NCBI GenBank assembly: GCA_963792365.1
Contig: CAWBVW010000001.1
Coordinates: 359,312 to 423,311 of the forward strand
Origin: an uncultured bacterium
Lineage (GTDB): Bacteria > Actinomycetota > Acidimicrobiia > Spongiisociales > ZC4RG35
DNA: 64,000 bases
Direction of reading: 5' to 3'
The notes beneath the pieces were generated by a model that was given only the letters and a program-made list of their open reading frames with translations, ran no database searches and had not been told where the DNA came from. Shown in pieces: positions 36,023 to 44,810 of the stretch. Made by a program: the position numbers and the translations under genes. Position 1 is the stretch's first letter. Every line of letters begins with the position of its first letter.

Positions 36023-38506
36023 ATGACCAGCGGTAACAACCGCGTGTGGTGGCTCACGTCCGCCATCATCTTCGCGACAGCGCCGCTGGTCCTGCTCGCA
36101 GTCGATCTGCCTGCCCCCGACAGCCCGATCCGGATGCCGTTGTGGCTCTTGGCCGTCTTCTACTACGTGGCCGAGATCACCGTGGTGCACGTGCGTTTCC
36201 GGCGGGACGCCCATTCCTTCTCGATGAGCGAGTTCCCCCTGGTCATGTCGCTCTTCTTTGCATCTCCGATCACGATCATCGCTGCTCAGATGATCGGATC
36301 CGCAGCCGCGCTCGGGTTCACCAGACGGCAGCGACCGGTGAAACTCATCTTCAACCTCGCACAGCTGAGCCTGCAGACTGCTGTAATGACTTCAGTGTTC
36401 TGGGCGATCACGGGGAGCGGCGATCCCCTCGGACCTCGCGGCTGGTACGCGGTTGGGAGCGGCATCGCCTGCACCCTGGTCATATCGAACGCTCTGATCT
36501 CAGGCGCGATCGTCCTGTCGGGCGGCTCCATCAGCCGTTCCGAACGAACGACCATGTACATGCTGACGGGCGGTGCGGGTCTCATGAACGCCACCCTTGG
36601 GCTCGTCGCAGCCACGATCTTGTGGGCTCGGCCCCAGTCCTCGTGGATCGCCGCCGCTCCCCCGCTCGTGCTGTTCTTTGCATACCGGGCCTACCTGTCC
36701 CAACGGCTGGAACGTGAGCGGGTGCAAGCCCTGTACGAGGTCAGTGAGGAGCTGCATCGACTTCCGCACATCGAAGACGCGCTGGAGGCCGCCGTCGACC
36801 GCGCCCGCGTGATGTTCGATGCGGAGACCGCCGAGATCCTCCTGTACCCCGAGGGCCTCGACTCCGAGGGGATATCGACGACAGCACGAATCGACGAAGA
36901 GATCGACGTCATGGGTGTGGCTCCGCCGGCGACCGATGATGAGGAACTGGTGGAGATCGCGCGGTCGGGCACCGGGCGACTGATCTCCGACACGGGCAGG
37001 GTGGTCGGGATGATCGTTCCCATTCCCGGGACCGGTGGCGTGTTGCGGGTCACCATCCCGAGGAGCGACATCGGAGGCTTCGGCGAACGCGATCTCCAGT
37101 TGCTCAGCACTCTGGCCGGTCACGTGGGGATCTCGCTCGAGAACGGTCGCCTCGAGGATTCTCTCACCAAGCTCACCGAGCTCAAGGACCAGTTGCGGCA
37201 TCAGGCCCTGCACGACGGGCTGACCGGCCTCGCAAACCGCAGCCTCCTCCTCGACCGATTGGTCGACGCGACGTCCCTGCCTTCAGGGTCGACGGCCGTG
37301 CTCTTCCTCGACCTCGATGACTTCAAGGGTGTGAACGACGGTCATGGTCACGAGGCCGGTGACGCTCTGCTCGTCCAGGTGGCACGGCGTCTCGAGGCAT
37401 GTTGCCGGCCGACCGACACGGTGGCGAGATTGGGGGGTGACGAGTTTGCCCTGTTGGTGACCGAACTCGCCAACCCTGACCACGTTGTGACCGTCGCCCG
37501 CCGAGTGATCGAAGAGCTCAGCAAACCATTCCATGTCGCGGGCACCGCGCTCGAGATCCATGCCTCCATCGGCGTGGCGGTCATCGACCGCGGGACACCG
37601 CCAGACGAGGTCCTCAAGGCTGCCGACGAGGCCATGTATGTGGCGAAGGGCGAGGGCAAAGGAACCTACCGGGTGTACAGCCCGGGCCTGCGTTCGACAC
37701 ACAGCATGGAATTGAGCGCACTGGCCGAGCTTCGCGCTGCGATCCGAGAAGAGCGCCTCGTGCTGCACTACCAACCGATCTTCAATCTGTCGACCGGACG
37801 CATCGAAGGCGTCGAAGCCCTGGTGCGATGGGATCATCCAGAGCGCGGTCTCATCTCGCCGGACGAATTCGTCCCGTTGGCCGAGCGTCGCGGTGTCGTC
37901 GAGGAGATCGGCGACTGGGTCCTGAGGAAGGCTGCGGATGCCCTCCGAACCTGGCGGGTCGGCTTCGGTGCAGACGCCCCCTACATGTCGGTCAACTTCT
38001 CGGCGGCGGAGATCGCCGAACCCGCACTCCTCAGGACGGTGCTCGACGTGCTGGCCGTCCGCGACCTCGATCCCGCCTCCCTCCAGATCGAGATCACCGA
38101 GGGTGCGATGATGGACAGCGGGACGTCCGTGCTCGACGGGCTCCGCAGATCAGGCGTACGTGTGGCTCTCGACGACTTCGGGACCGGATACTCATCACTC
38201 GCCTACCTCGATCAGCTGCCGGTCGACACCATCAAGCTCGCCCGAGGATTCGTCGACCGCATCGGTGACCCTCGGGTCCGCACGATCATCGAGATGATGG
38301 TGGGTGTGGGCGAGACGCTGGGTTTCTCGACCATCGCCGAAGGGGTCGAGCGCCAGGATCAACTCGACACACTGCGGGCGATCGGCTGCGAGCAGGCACA
38401 GGGCTACCACCTGGCTCGACCGATGCCCGAGGCCGAGCTCATGGAGATCCTGGCAGCCCACACGGAGCCGAACGCACGGGGACATCTGCGCATCGCCACG
38501 GCGTGA
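36023..38506 (+). CDS. Membrane-anchored GAF-GGDEF-EAL signalling protein (c-di-GMP turnover)
   Basis: An N-terminal ~8-TM domain, then GAF. The GGDEF domain looks intact (...LTGLANRSLLLDRL...LFLDLDDFKGVNDGHGHEAGDALL...RLGGDEFALL). EAL domain (...LVLHYQPIFNLSTGRIEGVEALVRW..., EITEG, DDFGTGYSSLAYL). Start at ATG 36023 (alternative ATG 35993). Confidence 0.85.
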   Translation: MTSGNNRVWWLTSAIIFATAPLVLLAVDLPAPDSPIRMPLWLLAVFYYVAEITVVHVRFRRDAHSFSMSEFPLVMSLFFASPITIIAAQMIGSAAALGFTRRQRPVKLIFNLAQLSLQTAVMTSVFWAITGSGDPLGPRGWYAVGSGIACTLVISNALISGAIVLSGGSISRSERTTMYMLTGGAGLMNATLGLVAATILWARPQSSWIAAAPPLVLFFAYRAYLSQRLERERVQALYEVSEELHRLPHIEDALEAAVDRARVMFDAETAEILLYPEGLDSEGISTTARIDEEIDVMGVAPPATDDEELVEIARSGTGRLISDTGRVVGMIVPIPGTGGVLRVTIPRSDIGGFGERDLQLLSTLAGHVGISLENGRLEDSLTKLTELKDQLRHQALHDGLTGLANRSLLLDRLVDATSLPSGSTAVLFLDLDDFKGVNDGHGHEAGDALLVQVARRLEACCRPTDTVARLGGDEFALLVTELANPDHVVTVARRVIEELSKPFHVAGTALEIHASIGVAVIDRGTPPDEVLKAADEAMYVAKGEGKGTYRVYSPGLRSTHSMELSALAELRAAIREERLVLHYQPIFNLSTGRIEGVEALVRWDHPERGLISPDEFVPLAERRGVVEEIGDWVLRKAADALRTWRVGFGADAPYMSVNFSAAEIAEPALLRTVLDVLAVRDLDPASLQIEITEGAMMDSGTSVLDGLRRSGVRVALDDFGTGYSSLAYLDQLPVDTIKLARGFVDRIGDPRVRTIIEMMVGVGETLGFSTIAEGVERQDQLDTLRAIGCEQAQGYHLARPMPEAELMEILAAHTEPNARGHLRIATA

Positions 38507-38547
38507 GCGTTTCCAGCGCTCTGGGCTGCCTCGACGACGTACCGGCG

Positions 38548-40068
38548 TCACCCTCCTGCGGCCCGGCCCGAATTCGGGTCGATGATCAGCCCTGACACAT
38601 CGACCGCCTCGAAGGACGAGCCCGGAATCGTCTTCAGCTCATCGAGGATGCCATTGTCCCAACGGTCGTCGGGTGCGCCGGAGATGTACCAGGCCGAACC
38701 GTTGTCAGCCAGGATGATCCCGTACTCCTGGAAGGCGCGGAGAATCACCTGCACATCATCAGAGAATCCCGAGATGTCGAAAGACTCGGACAGCCGGAAT
38801 CGTTGCCCCATCGGGGGAACGTCCAGGTCGGTGTTCGAGGATGCGAAATGACGGGCGGGCCAGACGTATGCCTGCTGGGTGACAGGTGCAGTGAAGCGAA
38901 TGGCGTGATCGATCTCCCCCGCCGCGACCTCGTCGTAGCGCACCAGGCCCGGGTAGATGGGCAGACCGGCGGCGTCGGCCGAAGTCCACCCGGCCGGTCG
39001 GAGCTCGTTCGAGGTGAGGTCATATCGGGCGGCTGAATCGGCGGACCACAAGGCACCCCCATTCATCGGGAACGCTCGATACAGCTCGTAGAGCACGCAA
39101 TCTTCCGCATCGAGCACCAGGACGTGGCGATCCCCGTCTGAGCTCGGCCCTCCTTCGATCGGTGCATCGGACGGCACCGGATAGGGACCAGGGTCGCTCT
39201 CGTCCCCGTAGGCGGTGAACACGATGGGCACGTCGGGCTGATCTGCGTCCACCTCGACGTACGGGATCCCTATCGGCGCGCCCTCCCAGAGGCCCGAACC
39301 AAAGTCGGGATGGAGGTTCGACGATCCGATCGAAGCCACGTATGCGGCCGACCGGGGGTGCAGGGGCAGGCCGTCCACGCGAGTGTTCCAGATGTTGTCG
39401 TCGGGTAGGACCGGGCAGCGCTCGGCTACGACGATGGGTGTGAGACCCTCCGCACGACCGAGGAATGACGCCATCTGATCTCGACGGACGGGGTCGTTTG
39501 GGCAGAACCGATCGTTGTCCGGCGGGTTGCACCCAAGCGTGACCCCCGCCACGGCGAGTCGTTCGATGTCGTCCTCGAAGACCGAGTCGTCATCGTCTTC
39601 GAAGAGGTCTCCAGTTGCGGGCGGATACGTGTACGCCCTCACCAGGAACGCCGCCATCTGACCCCGCGAGACCGGGTCGTCCGGACAGAATCGTGTGTTC
39701 TGCGGAGGATCGCACCCCCGGGTCACACCGGCTTCGGCCAGCGATTCGATGTCGGCCTCGAACACCGACCCATCATCGTCTCCGAAACTGTCGACGCCCG
39801 ATGAGGCCGGGAGGTCGAGCGCCCGGACGAGGAACGCCGCCATCTGCCCACGTGTGACCACGTCACCGGGGCAGTACCGATCGTTGGCCGGTGGATTGCA
39901 TCCTCTTGTGATCCCCGCAGCGGCGACCGCCTCGATCATCCCTTCATGCACGTTGCCGTCGTCATCGACGAACGTGCCGCCGGGCTCGGCGGCCCACGAT
40001 GGGCTCACGAGGAAGATCGAGGCGACCAGCGCGACGACGAGCGCGAAAGGACCACGACTCTTGTCCAC
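38548..40068 (-). CDS. Secreted protein with three SLH-like (S-layer homology) repeats and a ~290-aa C-terminal domain of unknown function
   Basis: Signal peptide (M)DKSRGPFALVVALVASIFLVSPSWA. Three ~60-aa repeats F.DDDG.V.E..IE..A.AG.TRGC.PP.N.R.CP.D.V.RGQMAAFLVRA match the SLH pattern (F.D...AG.T.G..F.P...TR.E.A..L.RA). GTG start at 40068 with GGGAGAG 7 nt upstream. Confidence 0.65.
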   Translation of the reverse strand: MDKSRGPFALVVALVASIFLVSPSWAAEPGGTFVDDDGNVHEGMIEAVAAAGITRGCNPPANDRYCPGDVVTRGQMAAFLVRALDLPASSGVDSFGDDDGSVFEADIESLAEAGVTRGCDPPQNTRFCPDDPVSRGQMAAFLVRAYTYPPATGDLFEDDDDSVFEDDIERLAVAGVTLGCNPPDNDRFCPNDPVRRDQMASFLGRAEGLTPIVVAERCPVLPDDNIWNTRVDGLPLHPRSAAYVASIGSSNLHPDFGSGLWEGAPIGIPYVEVDADQPDVPIVFTAYGDESDPGPYPVPSDAPIEGGPSSDGDRHVLVLDAEDCVLYELYRAFPMNGGALWSADSAARYDLTSNELRPAGWTSADAAGLPIYPGLVRYDEVAAGEIDHAIRFTAPVTQQAYVWPARHFASSNTDLDVPPMGQRFRLSESFDISGFSDDVQVILRAFQEYGIILADNGSAWYISGAPDDRWDNGILDELKTIPGSSFEAVDVSGLIIDPNSGRAAGG

Positions 40069-40070
40069 GA

Positions 40071-40559
40071 TCACACTCTCCCGATCATGGCGCTGAGGCG
40101 CCCGAGAATCTGCGTCATGACGTCGATGGACCCCATGGGATCGCCCGGGAGCTCGAAGTACCGATCGACACGGGCGAGGTGCAGCACCTCGAACTGGCGG
40201 AGCCGCGCCGCCGAGGCCCGATCCCACCCCTCGTCGGAGAGGCTCCCCACGATCAGGCCTGGGCCCTTGGCGTTGGAGAGCGCGGTGGCGGTGTCCGGAT
40301 CGGCGAAGTTGGGTGAAAGCCATACGCCCAGATCGACATCGGCGGCACGTCTGCAGCCGGAACCGAATGCCACCACAAACCCGACATCGTGCAAGGAATC
40401 ATCCACTTCGGCCACTATGCAGTCATACCCAGCCACGGCGATCAACGCACGGACGTAATGAAAGAGCGGCAGACCTGCCGCTTCCTCCGTGGGGATGACG
40501 ACACACTTTGTCACAGACCTCCGACGATCGACCTGCTCACGGTACCGGTCGGATCGCAC
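40071..40559 (-). CDS. Hypothetical protein (162 aa)
   Basis: ORF immediately downstream of phoH2 with GC3-rich codon usage. No domain recognised by eye. Confidence 0.35.
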   Translation of the reverse strand: MRSDRYREQVDRRRSVTKCVVIPTEEAAGLPLFHYVRALIAVAGYDCIVAEVDDSLHDVGFVVAFGSGCRRAADVDLGVWLSPNFADPDTATALSNAKGPGLIVGSLSDEGWDRASAARLRQFEVLHLARVDRYFELPGDPMGSIDVMTQILGRLSAMIGRV

Positions 40560-40589
40560 AGGCGTTGGCCCAGGCCGTTCCCTTGGCGT

Positions 40590-41933
40590 TCAGAGGATCC
40601 GCGCCGCCATCTCGGCCAGCGGGCTCCGGATCGACTTCTCGAGGATCACGTGCCCGAACAGCGGAGAGTCCTTGAACTTCTCGATCAACGCCGCCATGCC
40701 ACCGTATGGCGAGACATACGGATTGTCGACCTGGGAGAGATCGCCGCAGAAGACCACTTTCGAGTCCTTGCCCAACCGGGTGAGGATGACCTTCAGCGTC
40801 GGGAGCTCGAGGTTCTGGGCTTCGTCGATGATCACGAACTCGCCCGTGATAGACCGGCCGCGGAGATACGTGACGGCGGCCATCTCGAGCTCACCGCGCT
40901 CCAGGAGCTCGGTGACGGCAGCGTTGGCCCCCTCGGCCCCGCTGTCGTGGAACAGGGCGTGGAGGTTGTCGTGGACGGCGGCCATCCAGGGCGCCAGCTT
41001 CTCGTCGAGATCGCCAGGCAGATAGCCAACCTCCTGACGCCCCACCGCCACCAACGGTCGGTACACGGACACCTTCCGGTACCGCTGTTGCTCGACCACC
41101 TGTTCGAGGCCGGCGGCGAGCGCGAGAAACGTCTTGCCCGAACCGGCGGTTCCCATCATCGAGACGGCAGGGATGTCCGGATCGAGCAGATGGGTCATGG
41201 CCACGGTTTGCCGGAGGTTCTTGGGTTCGACGCCGAACGCCCTCGGGTGGTTGGTGACTCGTTCGACGGTCACGTGTGGATTCGACTCGATGACGCGAGC
41301 AAGACCCGACCGTGAGATGTCGGCTTTCAAGGTCACGAAGTCGTTCACGTCGGCCTCGACGCCTTCCAATACGATCTTGCCCTCTTCGAAGAGCCTGTCG
41401 ATCGTGTCACCTGTCGTACTGACCTCGATCACCCCGGTGCGCAGTTCGGAGGCCTGCACCGTATCGGCGCGATAGTCCTCGACCTCGACACCGAGCTGCG
41501 CACCTTTGATCCGTAGCGAGGCGTCCTTGGTGACGAGGACTGGATCGCCGCCGACATCGGCGAGATTGAGGCAGGTGGCAAGGATCCTGTGATCCGGACT
41601 GTGCGGGTCGAGCACCTGCGGGAGCCGCTGCGACACGATGCCGTTCAGCTCGATCCGAAGGCTTCCACCCCCCGGAAGCGCAACAGGGTCTCGTAAACCT
41701 CCCGATCGCGAGGCGCCGAGCTCCTCCAAGGAGCGTATGGCCATGCGGGCATTCGCCCCCACCTCGTCCATACGGGTCTTCTTGCGATCCAGCTCCTCGA
41801 TCACCACCAGTGGTAGGACCACCTGATGCTCGTCGAACCGCAACGTGGCATGCGGATCGGCGAGCAGAACGCACGTGTCGAGGACGTAGGTGCGTGACAC
41901 CTGATCGACTCCTTCAATTGGCCAGCGGTGCAT
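40590..41933 (-). CDS. phoH2: PhoH2-type protein: N-terminal PIN domain fused to a PhoH-like ATPase
   Basis: PIN acidic residues (...TYVLDTCVLLADPH..., ...LVVIEELDRKK...). PhoH Walker A MMGTAGSGKTFLALAAG and a Walker B-like block. Start at ATG 41931-41933. Confidence 0.85.
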   Translation of the reverse strand: MHRWPIEGVDQVSRTYVLDTCVLLADPHATLRFDEHQVVLPLVVIEELDRKKTRMDEVGANARMAIRSLEELGASRSGGLRDPVALPGGGSLRIELNGIVSQRLPQVLDPHSPDHRILATCLNLADVGGDPVLVTKDASLRIKGAQLGVEVEDYRADTVQASELRTGVIEVSTTGDTIDRLFEEGKIVLEGVEADVNDFVTLKADISRSGLARVIESNPHVTVERVTNHPRAFGVEPKNLRQTVAMTHLLDPDIPAVSMMGTAGSGKTFLALAAGLEQVVEQQRYRKVSVYRPLVAVGRQEVGYLPGDLDEKLAPWMAAVHDNLHALFHDSGAEGANAAVTELLERGELEMAAVTYLRGRSITGEFVIIDEAQNLELPTLKVILTRLGKDSKVVFCGDLSQVDNPYVSPYGGMAALIEKFKDSPLFGHVILEKSIRSPLAEMAARIL

Positions 41934-42100
41934 CAGTATCCCCGACCCTTGGGCGAAAAACGAGGACCAAATCGGTTGCCGCAATGTGAATGAACCAGAG
42001 GACCTATGTGCGGAGTCGCGCTACACCAGGCGCGCGGTCCGGGCGCTCTGTGAGTGTCTGCGCCTTGCCGGCGCCGGCCCATTGATCCAGAATCCGTGCG

Positions 42101-42709
42101 GTGCCCGCCAACGTCGCCCTCGATCACCTCACCGCTGTGTTGCCCTTGGCCGACCGTCAGGCGGCGCTCGACTCACGCCTCCGGTCGGTGCATCGGGCGA
42201 TCCTTCGAGGATTCCTCGAACAGGGCGTGCCGCCGGAGGCGGACCCCCATGATGCCATGGCGCTCGCCGACGTCGACCTCGTTGTGACCGGCGCCGACGG
42301 AGCGGTCACCGGGGCGTACCCGTTCACTCTGGAGCACACGCCGCACGCCGTCCAGACGGAAGCCACCCACGTCCACGCCATGTGCTCGCTCGATGCCCTC
42401 GCGGTCGCTCCGATGTACGGGGTGACCACGCGGGTGATCTCGAAATGCGCCGTGTCCGGCGGCGCCATCGAAATCCGCCAGAGAGACAACGACCTGGTAT
42501 CGAGCCGACCACCCGCACCGTGGATTGGCATCCGCTGGCAAGCGCCATCCGAACATGCCGCCACATCCCTGTGTCGGGACATGGTGTTGCTGCGCGATGA
42601 GCGGACTGCAGTGCGATGGCGGGGCGCCGACCCTGACTCGGCCGCGATCCTGCCGCTGCCCGAAGCGATCGAGCTCGCAGCCGCGTTCTTCGGTCCTCTC
42701 GCCGGTTGA
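42101..42709 (+). CDS. Alkylmercury lyase (MerB) family protein
   Basis: 202 aa. The MerB-like core ...HAMCSLDALAVAPMYGVTTRVISKCAVSGG... has candidate catalytic Cys and Asp. No mer operon partners nearby. Confidence 0.55.
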   Translation: MPANVALDHLTAVLPLADRQAALDSRLRSVHRAILRGFLEQGVPPEADPHDAMALADVDLVVTGADGAVTGAYPFTLEHTPHAVQTEATHVHAMCSLDALAVAPMYGVTTRVISKCAVSGGAIEIRQRDNDLVSSRPPAPWIGIRWQAPSEHAATSLCRDMVLLRDERTAVRWRGADPDSAAILPLPEAIELAAAFFGPLAG

Positions 42710-42736
42710 GCCACTGCGCCGGGGACCTCCAGGCCA

Positions 42737-43321
42737 TCACACCCGTTCGACGAGCGTCACGAACTGGGGGCTCGAAAGCAGATTGAACTCGGAGTGGAGA
42801 TGCCGAAATCCGCGGTGCTCCGTCATTCGCCGAACCTTCGACGGCCACAACCACTGGCAGTGCACCTGACGGGCCTTCAGGGGGTTCTTGTGGAGGATCA
42901 GGGCCGTCGGCACCGCCCAGATCCCCTGGATGGGTTCCGCCGGGTATATGAACATCGCGCGGGCCGAAGGCTTGAGAACACGCGCCATCTCATCGAACGC
43001 TTCCCCCAGCGCCGGTATGTGCTCGATGGCATGAACCGAGACGATCTTGTCGAAGGTCGAGTCGGGGAAATCGAGCCGTTCGGCATACATGTGACTGACC
43101 TTTTCGGACACCGCAACCTCTCCCGCCCGGGGATTGGCATCGATGCCTGTGACATCGACACCCCAGTCGTCGAGCACTCTGGTGAGATGCCCTCTGCCGC
43201 AACCGACCTCGAGAACCCGCTCCCCCGGTCGAGGATCCAGCACGCGTCGGACCGTCGCCTCGTGCCGTTGGTCCCAGCGATTGACGAGCGCATATCTGGT
43301 CGAGTCGTAGTCGGTTCCCAC
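42737..43321 (-). CDS. Class I SAM-dependent methyltransferase
   Basis: Motif I VLEVGCGRGHLTRVL, the post-I acidic residue, and motif II. Confidence 0.8.
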   Translation of the reverse strand: MGTDYDSTRYALVNRWDQRHEATVRRVLDPRPGERVLEVGCGRGHLTRVLDDWGVDVTGIDANPRAGEVAVSEKVSHMYAERLDFPDSTFDKIVSVHAIEHIPALGEAFDEMARVLKPSARAMFIYPAEPIQGIWAVPTALILHKNPLKARQVHCQWLWPSKVRRMTEHRGFRHLHSEFNLLSSPQFVTLVERV

Positions 43322-43322
43322 G

Positions 43323-44549
43323 TCAAGCCCTTTCGAGGTGAGGCGCGAGCGAATAGTCGGCGAGCATCGGTCCGGTCGGCGGTAGTGCGATGTGGGTGAC
43401 CGAGCTGTTCAGCGCCACTCCGAGATCGCGATTGATGTCATTTCCCCTGCGTTGGAACCCGGCGATGGTGGCACGGATCGCCGCTCCGTGCGACACCACG
43501 ATCGTTCGGTCGGCGGCCTCGAACTGAAGCGCCTGGAGGAACCGGGTCATTCGCTCCGCCACCTCGGCAAAGGACTCCCCAGTGTGTCCGCGACGGAGGT
43601 CTTCGCCGTCCCGGTAGATCCTGACTGCTTCTTCCTGATCGGAGAACTCCGATCCCCTGAGGCCCTCCCACTCACCAAAGGCCATCTCCATGACCTCGGG
43701 ATCGGGCTCGATATGACGACCGAAGGCTGCCGCCGTCTCCATCGCCCGCTGAAGCGGTGACGATATGAGCCGGTCGGGTCTTGGGTACCACGCGGCCAGG
43801 CCGACGGCTTGAGCGTGGCCTTCCTCGTCGAGGCCCCAGCAACTCTGCCCTTGGACCCGGCCCTCCTTGTTCGCTGTCGTGACCCCGTGCCGAACGAAGG
43901 CCACCACCGGGATGCCGTCGGAACGCATGCGACCCAGGAACCCGACATCCAAACCGAGATGGGTGGCGTCGTTGAAGACCGCAAGTCGCATCGCGTCCCG
44001 TGTGCCTTCGAGCACCGTGAGGGATGTGTTCGTGACGATGGGAAAGGTCCTGCGGTCGGGCAATCGGCCGAGAAACCGGCCGACGATCGAATCGATCACA
44101 CCCCCATGGGTGGCGACCAGCGCGCTCTGCCCGTCACCAAGCCGATCGACCAGGGCGTCGAACGCATCGAGCGAGCGACGCTCGAAATCGGCGATCGTCT
44201 CGCCCGAGGCGCCAAATGCCACAGCCTCGCCAGTCCGGATGGCCTGCAGCAGATCGGGGTGCTTGGCCACCACTTGTTCGAAACGTTGCCCCTCCCACTC
44301 GCCGAGATTCATCTCCCGCCATGCGTGATCTACCTCAGGGTCTCCACCGATGGCCTGTGCCGTCTCGAGGGCCCGATCGAGATCGGATGACAACACCAGG
44401 TCGAACCTCCGACCATCCAGACGCGCGCCGACGGCCCCGGCCTGCCTTCGACCCTCCGCGGACAGTGGAGCGTTGCCTTGCCCCTGCCATATGTTGGCCT
44501 CGTTGGCTTCTGAGCGCCCGTGACGGACGAGCGTGATCCGGATCGACAT
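43323..44549 (-). CDS. Histidine phosphatase superfamily protein with two tandem PGM-like domains
   Basis: Two RHG motifs (ITLVRHGRSEAN... and VAFVRHGVTTAN...) about 200 aa apart. Start at ATG 44549. The upstream extension in the ORF track is unlikely. Confidence 0.75.
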   Translation of the reverse strand: MSIRITLVRHGRSEANEANIWQGQGNAPLSAEGRRQAGAVGARLDGRRFDLVLSSDLDRALETAQAIGGDPEVDHAWREMNLGEWEGQRFEQVVAKHPDLLQAIRTGEAVAFGASGETIADFERRSLDAFDALVDRLGDGQSALVATHGGVIDSIVGRFLGRLPDRRTFPIVTNTSLTVLEGTRDAMRLAVFNDATHLGLDVGFLGRMRSDGIPVVAFVRHGVTTANKEGRVQGQSCWGLDEEGHAQAVGLAAWYPRPDRLISSPLQRAMETAAAFGRHIEPDPEVMEMAFGEWEGLRGSEFSDQEEAVRIYRDGEDLRRGHTGESFAEVAERMTRFLQALQFEAADRTIVVSHGAAIRATIAGFQRRGNDINRDLGVALNSSVTHIALPPTGPMLADYSLAPHLERA

Positions 44550-44745
44550 GAGGGAAAGAGGATATGACCTTTGCGAGGGTGCGCAGCGCACAGTCGCCGG
44601 ACGGCTGAGACGGGGCCTTTCGGCCCCGGTCCCAAGCAACAAGCCGGACAAAGCAGTCAGCGGCGAACCAGACATGTCCGACGTCCGGATCACCCCACCC
44701 ACGTCCGTCCAACGCCTGCCGCCCGACCCCGGGTCCGACCTCCGC

Positions 44746-44773
44746 ACGGACATCGGACCTCGGACTTCGGACC
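44746..44773. repeat. Heptanucleotide tandem array ACGGACA-TCGGACC-TCGGACT-TCGGACC. Inverted copy of the array at 48323-48357.
   Basis: Read directly, in the intergenic region downstream of hppA. Confidence 0.85.
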
Positions 44774-44810
44774 CGAGACCAGCGAAGCGATGCCCTTCGA
44801 GACCAGGTCG

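Noticed and set aside
35519-36069. ORFs encoding PDQVPPDQVPP..., MVRRHLVRRHLV... and RCLRTRCLRTRC... repeats (35519-35977 -, 35753-36022 + N-terminus, 35740-36069 -)
   Set aside because: They are other-frame and antisense readings of the 15-bp tandem DNA repeat that encodes the GGTWS tail of the S8 peptidase. The genuine downstream protein starts at ATG 36023 (or 35993).
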